This document shows positions 19,011-29,700 of a stretch of 64,000 bases of DNA, one piece after another. The translations under genes and the position numbers were made by a program. This DNA comes from an uncultured Gemmatimonadales bacterium (GTDB lineage: Bacteria > Gemmatimonadota > Gemmatimonadetes > Palauibacterales > Palauibacteraceae): positions 416,001 to 480,000 of the forward strand of contig CAWANJ010000006.1 of NCBI GenBank assembly GCA_963783385.1, written 5' to 3'. The stretch's first letter is position 1. Every line of letters begins with the position of its first letter. Under the pieces are notes generated by a model. It saw only the letters and a program-made list of their open reading frames with translations. It was not told where the DNA came from and searched no databases.

Positions 19011-19948
19011 TCAGGCTCCGATCGACAGCCAGCGAGCCAGGAGCGGGTCGGCGACCCGAAGCGCTCCGCCGACCTCATCCAGGAGGCCGCGATCGCGCAA
19101 CGAAGCCGCGGCGCGCTGGGCGCTCGAGGCCGTGGTCAGGCCCGCCCCGGACAGGAAGTCGCGCCCGAACGGGTGAGCCTCGCCCCCACCCCGCGCCACG
19201 GCACGCAGGAACCGCCGCTGGTTGGGCGTGAGAGTCGTCCACGTCACCGTCCACGTCCGGGCTTCCCGTCCCGCGACCCGCTCCAGGGCTTCCTCGAGCA
19301 TCGCATCCTCCACGCGCCTCCCGCGGCCGCTCGCCAGGTCCCACAGCTCGTGGCTCAGGTGCTGAAGGTGGCGAGGGTGCCCCGCTACGAGCCGGTGCGC
19401 GGCCTCCACGTGCTCGTTGGCTACCCAGACATCGGTCTCGAGGAAGCGCTCCAGGGCATAGGGAAGCCAGGCGGCGAGCGGGAGGGGGCCGATCCCGAGC
19501 GGCTCCTCCCCGGGAGCGAGGAGTCGCTCGAGCGCCCCGGCGTCGTGACCGAACAGGAGGAGGCCGGAGCCGCCGGCCGCCTCCCGGAGCCGAAGGCCCG
19601 CGTCCGTGGCCGCGCCGTCCGCGGTCGACCGGTCGGCGTCGTCCACCAGGAGCGGGCGCTCCACGGGATGCTTAGCCTCCGCCGCGTTCGGGCCGGCGGA
19701 GGGGGGAGCCGGTGGGCGAGGTCGTTCCCGTCGGCCAGGTCCGCGAGGCCGACGAGGACCGGGTCCGCGCCCTCCGAACGCAGGCGATCGGCCACCTCCA
19801 GCGCCAGCGAGCTCACGCCGTGCCCGGCCGGGCCCGCCACCGCCGCCACGCGGCGCGCCCGCGCGGCGACGAGGAGGGCGTCGAGGACGTCCTCTCCGTC
19901 GCAGAGCGCGGAGCCCCGGACCGGTCCGTGATACGGAAATGGATTCAT
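19011..19948 (-). CDS. AAA/STAND-like ATPase with C-terminal winged helix; degenerate Walker A; frameshift near 19705
   Basis: MNPFPYHGPV start and GPAGHGVSS (Lys missing), then LLVDDAD, AGHPRHLQ and VADPLLARWL in another frame. The shift lies at a G-run (~19700-19707). Confidence 0.6.
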
Positions 19949-20175
19949 GATTATGCACGATGCGTAGTATGCGCGTCGAGCGCAAACCGGCGGGCCGGAC
20001 GTCCCGCGGGGCGGTCCGGCCGGGGACCCCGTCCGAGGCCGAGCCCGCGGGCTGTCTCGGGCGCCGTCGGCCCGCTACCTTGCGGCCGGCCGGGCTCCCG
20101 GGGGCGTCCCGGAACCGCCCGCCGGGGACCGGATGGAGCGAGGATCGAGGGGCGATGCGGGGCCGGCAGGAGGGG

Positions 20176-22215
20176 ATGCGCGGGCGGGGCGGGGACGACG
20201 GCTCGCCCCCCGGATGGTCGGCGGTGGTTCTCCTCGCGCTCGTGGTCTGCAGCGCCCTGCCGGCACCCGCCGTGGCCTCTCGTCCCGCGCCGACGCCGGC
20301 CGACACGGGTCTCGTCTCGGCGGTCCCCGTGTTCACGCCCGTGGTGCCGCCAGCCTCCTACCGCCGGGCGATCCGGCGCGGCACGCGCACGACCGCCGGC
20401 GTGCCGGGGCCGTCCTACTGGCAGCAGGAAGTCGACTACCGGATCCACGGCCGCCTCGTGCCGGACTCCGCCCTGATCCACGGCCGCGAGACCGTCACCT
20501 ACGTCAACCACTCCCCGGACACCCTCTCCACCCTGACCCTCCACCTGTACCAGAACATCTTCGCACCGGGCGCGCAGCGCGACCGCACCGTCCGGCTGAC
20601 CGGTGGGATCCACCTGGAGCGGGTCGAGGCCCAGGGACGCGTCCTGGCGGAGGGAGTGGGTCGCGGCCCGGACACGGGACCCGGCTCGGTGGGCCGGGCG
20701 GACGCGGACTCCGGCTCCGCCGCCGGCTACGCCGTCGATGGGACCCTCGCGCACCTTCGCCTTCCGCGACCGCTCGCCCCCGGCGACACGGCGCGACTGG
20801 CGTTTGCGTGGCACTTCCGGATGCCGGGCGAGCGCTCGTTCCGGACCGGCAGCATCGACCACGACGTGTTCGTCGTCGCCCAGTGGTATCCGCAAGTGGC
20901 GGTGTACGACGACGTCGACGGCTGGGACGAGACGCCCTACCTGGGCGACGGGGAGTTCTACCTGGAGTACGGGGACTTCAGCGTCGACCTCGCGGTGCCG
21001 GCGGGCTACCTGGTCACGGCCACGGGGACGCTCCAGAACCCCACCGACGTGCTCCGCCCCGGCGCGGCGGCCCGACTGCGCGCGGCGGCCCGGGGCGACT
21101 CGGTCGTGGCGGTGGTCGGTTCGGCCGACCGGCAGGCGGGCCGGGCCACGCGAGACGGCGGCGCCTCGGGGACCCTGACCTGGCGCTATCGGGCCCGGAG
21201 GGTCCGGGACTTCGCCTTCGCGACCAGCTCCCGGTACGTGTGGGACGCCGTGGGAGCGCGGGTGGGAGGCGAACAGGGACGCACGCGGGTCGATGCCCTC
21301 TACGACCCGGCGGTGAGCTGGTGGACCGACGCCGCGAAGTTCGAGAAGCACGCGCTCGAGTTCTACAGCCGCTACATCATGTCGTACCCCTGGCCGCACG
21401 CGAGCGCCGCCTACGGGCCGATCGGCGGAATGGAGTACCCGATGCTCGTGTTCATCGGACGATCGGGGCCCGGCCCGCGGCTGTACGGCGTCCTGGCGCA
21501 CGAGCTCAGCCACCAGTGGTTCCCTATGCAGGTGGGCTCCCGGGAGGCCGCCTACGCGTGGATGGACGAGGGCTTGACCACCTTCGACGAGTCGCTGGCC
21601 GCCGGCAACTACTTCGGTAACGACGTGGCGAGGCTGGGCGACATGGCGGCGTACGACGAGGCCGCGACGGCCGGCATCGAGGCGCCCCTCATGCAGCACA
21701 CCGACCACGTGACGAACCCGCGCGGACGCGTGGTCGCCGCCTATTCGAAGCCCGCCACGGTCCTGCACGCCCTGCGCACCCTTCTGGGCCCCGCCACCTT
21801 CGACTCCGCCTACGCGCGCTACGCCCGGGACTGGCAGTACGGGCATCCCCTGCCCTGGGACTTCTTCTCGGTCATGGAGCAGGCGGCGGGCCGGGACCTG
21901 GACTGGTTCTGGAAGGAGTGGTTCTACCGGACCGACGTCCTCGACCAGGCCCTCGGCGGCGTGGAGCCGGCGGGCGATGGCGTGCGGGTCACGGTCGAGA
22001 ACCGGGGAAATGCCGTGATGCCGGTGCTGCTGCGGCTGACCCTGGAGGATGGCTCCACCATCGAGGCGCGCTGGCCCGCCGACGTGTGGGCCTCGACGCG
22101 GCGAGTCACCCTGCTCGTCACGGTCCCGGGCGCCGTGGAGAGAGTCGAGCTCGATCCCCGGCACCTTTTCCCCGACGTGGACCGCAAGAACGACGTGTGG
22201 GAGGCGCACCGATGA
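20176..22215 (+). CDS. M1 family metallopeptidase (secreted aminopeptidase)
   Basis: Signal peptide, GGMEYP, HELSHQWF..WMDEG, AYSKP. Confidence 0.92.
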   Translation: MRGRGGDDGSPPGWSAVVLLALVVCSALPAPAVASRPAPTPADTGLVSAVPVFTPVVPPASYRRAIRRGTRTTAGVPGPSYWQQEVDYRIHGRLVPDSALIHGRETVTYVNHSPDTLSTLTLHLYQNIFAPGAQRDRTVRLTGGIHLERVEAQGRVLAEGVGRGPDTGPGSVGRADADSGSAAGYAVDGTLAHLRLPRPLAPGDTARLAFAWHFRMPGERSFRTGSIDHDVFVVAQWYPQVAVYDDVDGWDETPYLGDGEFYLEYGDFSVDLAVPAGYLVTATGTLQNPTDVLRPGAAARLRAAARGDSVVAVVGSADRQAGRATRDGGASGTLTWRYRARRVRDFAFATSSRYVWDAVGARVGGEQGRTRVDALYDPAVSWWTDAAKFEKHALEFYSRYIMSYPWPHASAAYGPIGGMEYPMLVFIGRSGPGPRLYGVLAHELSHQWFPMQVGSREAAYAWMDEGLTTFDESLAAGNYFGNDVARLGDMAAYDEAATAGIEAPLMQHTDHVTNPRGRVVAAYSKPATVLHALRTLLGPATFDSAYARYARDWQYGHPLPWDFFSVMEQAAGRDLDWFWKEWFYRTDVLDQALGGVEPAGDGVRVTVENRGNAVMPVLLRLTLEDGSTIEARWPADVWASTRRVTLLVTVPGAVERVELDPRHLFPDVDRKNDVWEAHR

Positions 22216-23474
22216 GCGACACGGGCTCCGTGTGGGATGCCTACGCGGCTTTCCTGCGCCGTCCGCCCGAGACCGTGCTCGCCTGGCAGGATCCGCTGTC
22301 GGAGGCCCGGGGATGGCTGGTGCTGAACAGCCGCCGTGGTGGGGCGGCCGGGGGCGGGACACGCATGCGCCGGGGGCTCGGCCCGGAGGAGGTCACGTAT
22401 CTGGCCAAGGTCATGGAGCTCAAGTTCGCGCTCTCCGGACCCTCGATCGGCGGAGCGAAATCGGGGATCGACTTCGATCCGAACGACCCGCGCAGGGCGG
22501 AGGTCCTGGCCCGGTGGTTCCGGGCCATCGAGCCCTTCCTGGGCGCCTGCTACGGCACGGCGGGCGACCTGAACGTCGACGAGGCGCGCGACGTCGTGCC
22601 CCTCTGCCACGCCGTGGGCATCCGACATCCCCAGGAGGGGGTCGCCCGGGGGCACTTCGGACTCTCCGGATCGGCCCTCGACGAACGCCTCAATGCCATG
22701 GAGCACGTCCTCCACGGAGAGGCCGACGGTGCGCACGCCGTGCCGGGCGCCGAACGCCTGCGCGTGATCGACCTGGTGACCGGGTTCGGGGTGGCCCGAG
22801 CCGCCCTCCGCCTGCTGGAGCGCCAGGGGCGCGAGCCGGCCGAGGCGCCGGCCCTGATCGAGGGGTTCGGCAATGTGGGTGGTGCGGCCACCTGGTACCT
22901 GGCCGAAGCGGGCGTCCCCATCGCTGGGATCGTGGACGCGCGGCACGCGCTCGTTCCCCCCGATCCCCTGGACGCCGCCGGCGTGGCCGACCTGCTGGCG
23001 CGGCGGTCCGGGAACGCCCTGCCGCTGCCGGAAGGAGGGGACGAGGGTGATCGGGCCCGGTTCCGGGAGGAGCCCGCGGTCCTGTACGTGGCCGCGGCCG
23101 CCTCGGGGACGCTCAACGCGGCGGTCCTGGACGCGCTGGAGGCCCAGGGAGTCGAAATGCTCGCCTGCGGCGCTAACCGGCCATTCACCGCGGAGGTTCC
23201 GGGCGACACGCGGCTCGAGCAAGACGTCGATCGCCGTTTCGCCGTCATCCCGGACGTGATCGCCAACTGTGGGGCCGCGCGCTCCTTCTACCAGCTGATG
23301 CGCAGCGATCGGGCGGAGAGCGCCGAGACGCTGTTCGAGTCGGTGCGAACGGTGATCGAGGACGCCCTCAATGAGACGGTCGCCCGAGCCGGGAGCGCCC
23401 GTCGCGGCCTCCTGGCATCCACCCTCGGTACCCTGCTCGAGCGGGCGGCGTCGGAGGGAGAGGACCCGGCGTGA
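22212..23474 (+). CDS. Glu/Leu/Phe/Val dehydrogenase family protein
   Basis: GGAAGGGTRM, LAKVMELKF, IGGAKSGI, TGFGV, IEGFGNVG, CGAN, IPDVIANCG. Confidence 0.88.
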   Translation: MSDTGSVWDAYAAFLRRPPETVLAWQDPLSEARGWLVLNSRRGGAAGGGTRMRRGLGPEEVTYLAKVMELKFALSGPSIGGAKSGIDFDPNDPRRAEVLARWFRAIEPFLGACYGTAGDLNVDEARDVVPLCHAVGIRHPQEGVARGHFGLSGSALDERLNAMEHVLHGEADGAHAVPGAERLRVIDLVTGFGVARAALRLLERQGREPAEAPALIEGFGNVGGAATWYLAEAGVPIAGIVDARHALVPPDPLDAAGVADLLARRSGNALPLPEGGDEGDRARFREEPAVLYVAAAASGTLNAAVLDALEAQGVEMLACGANRPFTAEVPGDTRLEQDVDRRFAVIPDVIANCGAARSFYQLMRSDRAESAETLFESVRTVIEDALNETVARAGSARRGLLASTLGTLLERAASEGEDPA

Positions 23475-24181
23475 CCGGCGAAGGACCGCCGACCGGCACG
23501 TCGGCCGTGGTGTGGTCCGGCGGCAAGGACTCCACCCTCGCCCTGCACCGGGCACTTCGCCAGGGACACCGGGTGACCCATCTCCTCACCGTCTACGACC
23601 GCGTGACCGGGCGGGTGCCCTACCACGGCGTCAGCCGCGAGCTGATCGCCGCACAGGCCGCGGCGCTCGGTCTCGAGCCCGTTGTGGAGGCGAGCGAGGA
23701 GGGCGCGTTCGAAGAGGCGCTGGCGCGCGGCTTCGACCGACTCAGGGACGCCGGTGTCGAGGCCCTCGTGTTCGGCAACATCCACCTGGCGGACGTTCGC
23801 GCGTGGTACGAGGAGCGGGTCCGGGCCGCCGGCTTCGAGCACGTCGAACCTCTGTGGGGCGGTGACCCCGCGCGACTCGTGCGGGAGTTCGTATCGCTCG
23901 GCTACCGGGGCGTCGTGGTCAGCGTCATGCTCGGCCGTGCCGACCCGGAGTGGCTCGGCCGCGAGTTCGGGGGCGAGCTCCTGGCCGAGATCGCCGCGCG
24001 CGAGGAGATCGATCCCTGCGGGGAGCACGGCGAGTTCCACTCCTTCACCCGCGACGGGCCGATCTTCACGAAGGCCGTTCCGCTGCGTCCCAGGGGGGAG
24101 CGCGAGCAGAACGGCTATCGCTACCTGGACCTCGAGATCGACGATCCGGCGACCCGTGCAGGGGCGGGTGACCGGGCGTAG
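23471..24181 (+). CDS. PP-loop ATP pyrophosphatase, diphthine-ammonia ligase (Dph6/MJ0570) family
   Basis: WSGGKDS, FGNIHL, EPLWG, DPCGEHGEFHSF. Confidence 0.88.
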   Translation: MTGEGPPTGTSAVVWSGGKDSTLALHRALRQGHRVTHLLTVYDRVTGRVPYHGVSRELIAAQAAALGLEPVVEASEEGAFEEALARGFDRLRDAGVEALVFGNIHLADVRAWYEERVRAAGFEHVEPLWGGDPARLVREFVSLGYRGVVVSVMLGRADPEWLGREFGGELLAEIAAREEIDPCGEHGEFHSFTRDGPIFTKAVPLRPRGEREQNGYRYLDLEIDDPATRAGAGDRA

Positions 24182-24250
24182 TTTGAGGTCGAGAGGGTCC
24201 GATTCGGCCCGTTCCGACGCATCCAGAAGCCCGTCAGCGAGGATAGTCAG

Positions 24251-25633
24251 GTGACGTCGATCGACGAGTACGTACGCAGCCAGCGCCAGCGTTACGAGGA
24301 GGAGCTGTTCGATTTCCTCCGGATTCCGAGCGTCAGCACCGAGACCCGTTACCGGGACGACGTGCGGCGGTGCGCCGAGTGGGTGGCCGACCGGACGCGG
24401 GAGGCCGGCGTATCGTCGGTCGAACTGGTCGACACGCCGGGGCATCCGATCGTCTACGGCGAGCATCACGTGTCCGATGACGCGCCCACCGTGCTGGTCT
24501 ACGGTCACTACGACGTCCAGCCGGTCGATCCCGAGGAGCTGTGGGATTCGCCCCCCTTCGAGCCCACCGTGCGGGGTCACCGGGTCTACGCCCGCGGGGC
24601 CACCGACAACAAGGGCCAGGTGTTCATGCACCTGAAGGCCCTCGAGGCCTGCCGGGAGACCGGCGGACGGCTGCCCGTGAACGTCAAGCTGCTGATCGAG
24701 GGCGAGGAGGAGATCGGGAGCGTCAACGTCGAGGAGTTCCTGGTCGAGCAGAAGGACCGACTCGCGTGCGACGCGGTCATCCTCAGCGACACGGGCATGT
24801 TCGCGAAGGGGCTGCCCACCATCACGGTGGGCCTTCGGGGCATGGTCTACTTCGAGGTCCGCTTCCGGGGTCCGGCCTCGGACCTCCACTCCGGCGTGTA
24901 CGGCGGGGCGGTGGAGAATCCCGCCAACGCCCTGGCGACAGTGATCGGACGCCTCAAGGACGACGACCACCGAGTCACGATTCCCGGCTTCTACGATGCC
25001 GTCCGGGCCATCACGGACCAGGAGAGGGCCAATCTGGCCAATCTCCCCTTCGACGAGGGGACCTACCTGGAGGAGGAGGTGGGAGCGCCGGCCCTCGCGG
25101 GGGAGGAGGGGTTCGGCACGCTGGAGCGCGTGTGGTTCCGGCCCACGCTCGACGTGAACGGGCTACTGTCCGGGTTCACCGGAGAAGGCGCCAAGACCGT
25201 ACTTCCGTCGAAGGCCATGGCCAAGATCTCGATGCGGCTTGTCCCCGACCAGGACCCGGAGGCCATCCGCGACTCGTTCGAGTCCTACATCCGGGAGCTG
25301 GCGCCCGAGGGGGTCTCGGTCGAGATCGACCTGTGCAACGCGGGCCGCGCTTGGGCCGCCGATCCGGAGGGCCCCCTGTTCACGGCCGCGCAGGAGGCAC
25401 TGGAGGCCGGCTTCGGTCGCTCGCCCGTGTTCATCCGGGAGGGGGGGTCGATCCCGATCGTGGCGTTGTTCTCGGAGACCCTGGGCGCGCCCGTGGCCCC
25501 GATCGGCTTCGCGCTACCGGGCTGTAACCTGCACGCTCCCAACGAGTGGTTGGACCTGGACGTCTACCACGACGGTATCGATGCTCTCGCCCGTCTGTAC
25601 GCCCTGATCGGGGAGCGCGGCCTCTCGGGCTGA
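24251..25633 (+). CDS. M20 family dipeptidase
   Basis: YGHYDVQP, ARGATDNKG, EGEEEIGS, DLHSG, GGSIP, HAPNE. Confidence 0.93.
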   Translation: MTSIDEYVRSQRQRYEEELFDFLRIPSVSTETRYRDDVRRCAEWVADRTREAGVSSVELVDTPGHPIVYGEHHVSDDAPTVLVYGHYDVQPVDPEELWDSPPFEPTVRGHRVYARGATDNKGQVFMHLKALEACRETGGRLPVNVKLLIEGEEEIGSVNVEEFLVEQKDRLACDAVILSDTGMFAKGLPTITVGLRGMVYFEVRFRGPASDLHSGVYGGAVENPANALATVIGRLKDDDHRVTIPGFYDAVRAITDQERANLANLPFDEGTYLEEEVGAPALAGEEGFGTLERVWFRPTLDVNGLLSGFTGEGAKTVLPSKAMAKISMRLVPDQDPEAIRDSFESYIRELAPEGVSVEIDLCNAGRAWAADPEGPLFTAAQEALEAGFGRSPVFIREGGSIPIVALFSETLGAPVAPIGFALPGCNLHAPNEWLDLDVYHDGIDALARLYALIGERGLSG

Positions 25634-25714
25634 TGCGGTGTCGTGAGGCGGAGACCGGCGCGACGTCGCCGTCCCGGCCGGCCGGAGCGGAGTGCGACCC
25701 GCCGCCGCCGACTT

Positions 25715-26338
25715 TCAGCGCCTGGCAGGCCCCGCCGGAGGTCGGAGGGCGCGGCGCGTGAAGTCCACGACATGCGCTTCGAGACCGGCCGCCGTCCGTC
25801 CCATGACCCCTCGCGTGCGGCTAGGTCCGAGCGTCCTCCACAGCAGGCCGAACGAGAGGGTCTGAGCGAGCAGGCTGGCCGCCGTGAGCACCGGGTCTCC
25901 GGCCTCGACGCTTCCATAGCTCTTCCCCTCCCGGACCAGCGCCGCGAGGCGCACCAGCAGGGCGTGCAGCACCTCCGCGACGGGCTCGGGCGGCTCGCGC
26001 CCCGCGGCCGCCTCCTGGAAGAGGAGCCCGGGGAGATCGGGCTCCTCTCGCAGGATCCTGAACAGGGCCCGGAGTGCGATCTCGATGCGAGCTGCCGCGT
26101 CCTCGTGTGTCTCCTCCCGAGCGGCGACACCGTCGAGCGCCTCCATCAGCGGCTGGGTGGCTTCGGCCAGGACCGCTTCGTATAGGGCCCGTTTGGATCC
26201 GAAGTGGTAGGTGACGGCGCCGAGGTTCACCCGTGCGGCGCGGGTGATGTCCCGGACCGAGGTGGCGGCGAAGCCCTCGCGGGCGAACAGGGGTCGGGCG
26301 GCCACCAGGAGAGTGCGAGGCGTGTCCCGTGCAGCCAT
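25715..26338 (-). CDS. TetR/AcrR family transcriptional regulator
   Basis: LFAREGFAATSVRDITRAARVNLGAVTYHFGSKRALY; SD AGGAG upstream. Confidence 0.92.
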   Translation of the reverse strand: MAARDTPRTLLVAARPLFAREGFAATSVRDITRAARVNLGAVTYHFGSKRALYEAVLAEATQPLMEALDGVAAREETHEDAAARIEIALRALFRILREEPDLPGLLFQEAAAGREPPEPVAEVLHALLVRLAALVREGKSYGSVEAGDPVLTAASLLAQTLSFGLLWRTLGPSRTRGVMGRTAAGLEAHVVDFTRRALRPPAGPARR

Positions 26339-26386
26339 GATCCAACTCCTTTTGACGTATCACTATACAGCGCTCAGCCCGGATCT

Positions 26387-26404
26387 CATACAACCGTTTG
26401 TATG
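26387..26404. promoter_or_regulatory. Palindromic operator, probably TetR autoregulatory site
   Basis: CATACAA-CCGT-TTGTATG inverted repeat about 50 nt upstream of the tetR start, close to a TATAGT -10-like box on the minus strand. Confidence 0.6.
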
Positions 26405-26713
26405 GCACAATGGGCCCCCACGGGGCTCCCGGGCAAGCCCGGCCCGTCCCCAGGGCACGGCCGCCGGCCCGATCACGGGGCGCTCCCCGGCGACCACGGG
26501 TCTCACGGCCGGGCCGCGCTGCCCTCGCCGCGATCCGGATCGAGGACGGTCGGCGGACCGGCCCCAGTCTCAACAACTGCTCCATCGCATCGGGACCATT
26601 GTTGATACTAGGTTGAGCAAGCCGTTTAGCGTGGAGGTCCGCGCCGCGGGCCGGGAGGAGGGGAGGGGATCGGGACGGGAAGCGCGCTGCCTCGCCACGA
26701 GAGGGGTCCGTCC

Positions 26714-29700
26714 ATGCACACACTTCGCTGCTTCGGTCGAGTAGGCGTCGAGGGGGCGGGAGGAGAGATCGTTCGCCTCCGCTCGAGCAAGCACCTCGCC
26801 CTCCTCGTGTATCTGGTGGCCAACCCCGATCACGAGCATCCGCGTGAGCGGCTCGCGCCGCTGTTCTGGGAGACGGAGCGCTCCCAGGCGCGGCATTCCC
26901 TGAGCCAGGCCCTCTACGACATCCGGTCGAACCTGCCGGAGCTGGGGGTCCGGGCGTCGGTCAACCACGTGGCCGTCAGGCGGGGCACGGTCGCAAGCGA
27001 GCTGGATCTGTTCGAGAAGGCGGTTCGCTCGAGCGATGTGGCCCGGGCCGTAGAGCTGTACAGGGGCGTGTTCGTCCCTGACCTGGAGTCGGTGGCCACC
27101 GAAGCCTTCGAGCGCTGGGTCGAGGACGAACGCCAGCGCCTCCAGCGTCTGGCCGAGCTGGCCTTCTGTCGGTACGTGACCGAGTGTGATGACCGTGCGC
27201 GCTGGGGCGAGATGTGCACGGTGGCCCTGCGGCTCCTGGACATGAACCCCCTGCACGAGGAGGCGCACCGGGCGTTCATGCGCGGAATGTGGCTTCAGGG
27301 CGACCAGCAGGCCGCCCTCGACCACTTCCGCCAGGTCGAGTCGATGTTGAGCGAGGAGCTCCCGAGCGGAATCTCTCCCGAGACGCACAGGCTCCTCGAG
27401 CGGATCCGCAGCTCACGGCCGGATCTTCGCCGAGCAGAGCCCGGTCGACCCGACCGGCCGCGGATGGTGGGGCGTCGCAAGGAGTTCGCGCGGCTCAAGC
27501 GGGATCTTCGCCGCCTCGAGGGTGGGCATGGCGGAGTGGTGGTGATACGGGGCGAGGCCGGCATCGGAAAGACCCGCCTCCTCGAGGAGATTCGCGAACT
27601 CGCGAGGCTGCACGGAGTGTCCCTCCTCGAGAGTCGCTGTTTCGCAGCCGAAACGGACGTGTCCTATGGTCCCATCGTCAATGGACTCTACCCGATCGCA
27701 CGGGTCCGCGCGGGGCGCTCGGACGGCGGCGCTCCTACGTTCTATCAACTGGGCGTCCTCTTTCCCGAACAGTTTCCCCGCTCCGCCACGCACGGAGAGG
27801 GCGAGCTCGAAGCCGACGCCGGGAGGCGCCGACTATACGAAGAGACGGCGGCCCTGCTCAGAATGGCAGCCGATCAGAAACCTCGCCTGTGGATCGTGGA
27901 GGACCTCCATTGGGTCGACGCGTCCTCCGCCTCGCTCCTGCACTATGTGTCCCGACGGCTGCGGGACCACGCCCTGCTGGTGCTCGTGTCGATCCGCTCC
28001 GGCCAGGACGTCGACGAGGCCACCGATTCCCTGCTGCACGACTGGTGCGGCCAGAGCGAGGCGACCTGCATCGATCTCGAAGGGCTGAGCGATGCGGAGA
28101 TGGCCGAGCTGATCGAGGAGGTCCGTCCCACCGAGTTGAGCGACCCCCAGGTCGACTTCATCCGGCGGCTCGCGAGCGGTAACCCCTTCTTCGCCCTGCA
28201 GATGGCCTCCGCGGCGTCCGACCTCCAGGAATGGTGCCCGGAGGCCATCTCATCCCGGCATCTGCTCACGGAGAGCCTCGAGACTCTCCTGGGAGTCCGA
28301 CTCAAGGGTCTGGGCCTCGAACCGGTCCGCCTGCTCGAGACCGTGGCGGTCCTGGAACGCCACGCCACCCCCTTCGTGGTGGCCCGGACCAGCAGCCTGT
28401 CGACCGGAAGGGTCGCGGAGATTGCCCGTACTCTTTACGCGAGGGGCCTCCTGCATGACGCGGAGGGCCGGCTCGAGTTTCCCCACGATCTCACCCGCGA
28501 GTATGTCTATGGAAACATGGGCGAGCTACAGCGTGCCGCCCTGCACCTGGTAGCCGGGGAAGTCCTGGCGGGCAGTGAAGAGGCTGTCAGCCCGAGCACC
28601 CTGGCCCGCCACTTCGAGCTCGGCGGCGATCGGCCCCGGGCCTACGAGTATGCCCTTCGCGCGGCGGAGCAGTCCGCTCTCGGATATGCCCATGACGAGG
28701 CTATCGCCCTCTCTAGACTGGCGATATCCCAGGCCACGTCGGGTGAGGAGCGTGCAGCCGGTCTGCGGATCCTCGCTGAATCCGAGTCCGCGTCGGGTAG
28801 CCTGACAGCCGCCGAGAGCCACCTGAAGGAGCTGGTCGACCTTGCCGTCCTCCAACCCGAAGAGACCATCGCGATAAAGCTGAAGATCGCCCGGGCGAGA
28901 GTTGAATTGTCGCAGTTCCGGTCGGCCGAGTTGATGCTCAATGAGGTCGAGGGCGCTATTCAGGGGCTCCAGAGCTGTTCCCGAACGGGCCTTGAAGCAG
29001 AGGTGCTGCACTGGCGTCTCAAGTCCGCGATGATGAGAGGTGACATCCGCGAAGCCGACAAAGCGGTGTCCGCACTTGAGACGGCCCTTCCGATCCTTAC
29101 GGGTTCGGGCAGTCACAGAGCGACTGCCGTTGGCCTATACAGCTTGGCCGGTCACGCCCTGTTCACTATGTCGATCGACCGGGCAGCTCAGTACTGCAAT
29201 CAAGCCTTGGATGTATTGGGTGACTGTGATGCGGATCTCCTGCTTCGACTGAAGACCCTGAATGGAGCCATACTCACGCGCAGTATGGAATGGACTTCAG
29301 CGAGCCGAATATTTGCGAGTGCCCTGGCGGAAGCGAAGCGCCTAAACGATGTTCGCCACATTCTTGCGCTTCTCAATAACCTAGCATGTTGCCACTTAGA
29401 GCAAGGTAGCTGGGCCGAGGTCTCAACCCTGCACGCCACTTTCGGCCGATTCGCTGCCGGTCTTTCCGAGACGATATCGTCGCGTGCAGATATCGATCTT
29501 AACTTGGCCAACTCACTGTTCTATCAGGGCCAGGCTCGTGCAGCTGCAGCGACGCTAGAAGGCCTCCTTGCAACGGCACGTCGGATCGGCAAGACATCCG
29601 TGCTTCTTGAGATGGAGGCGCTGAGGGGGCTTGTATACGCTCAACTTGGCCGCCGCTCAAATATGAGAGAGTGCCATGACCTGATAGCGGATCTGTCTCG

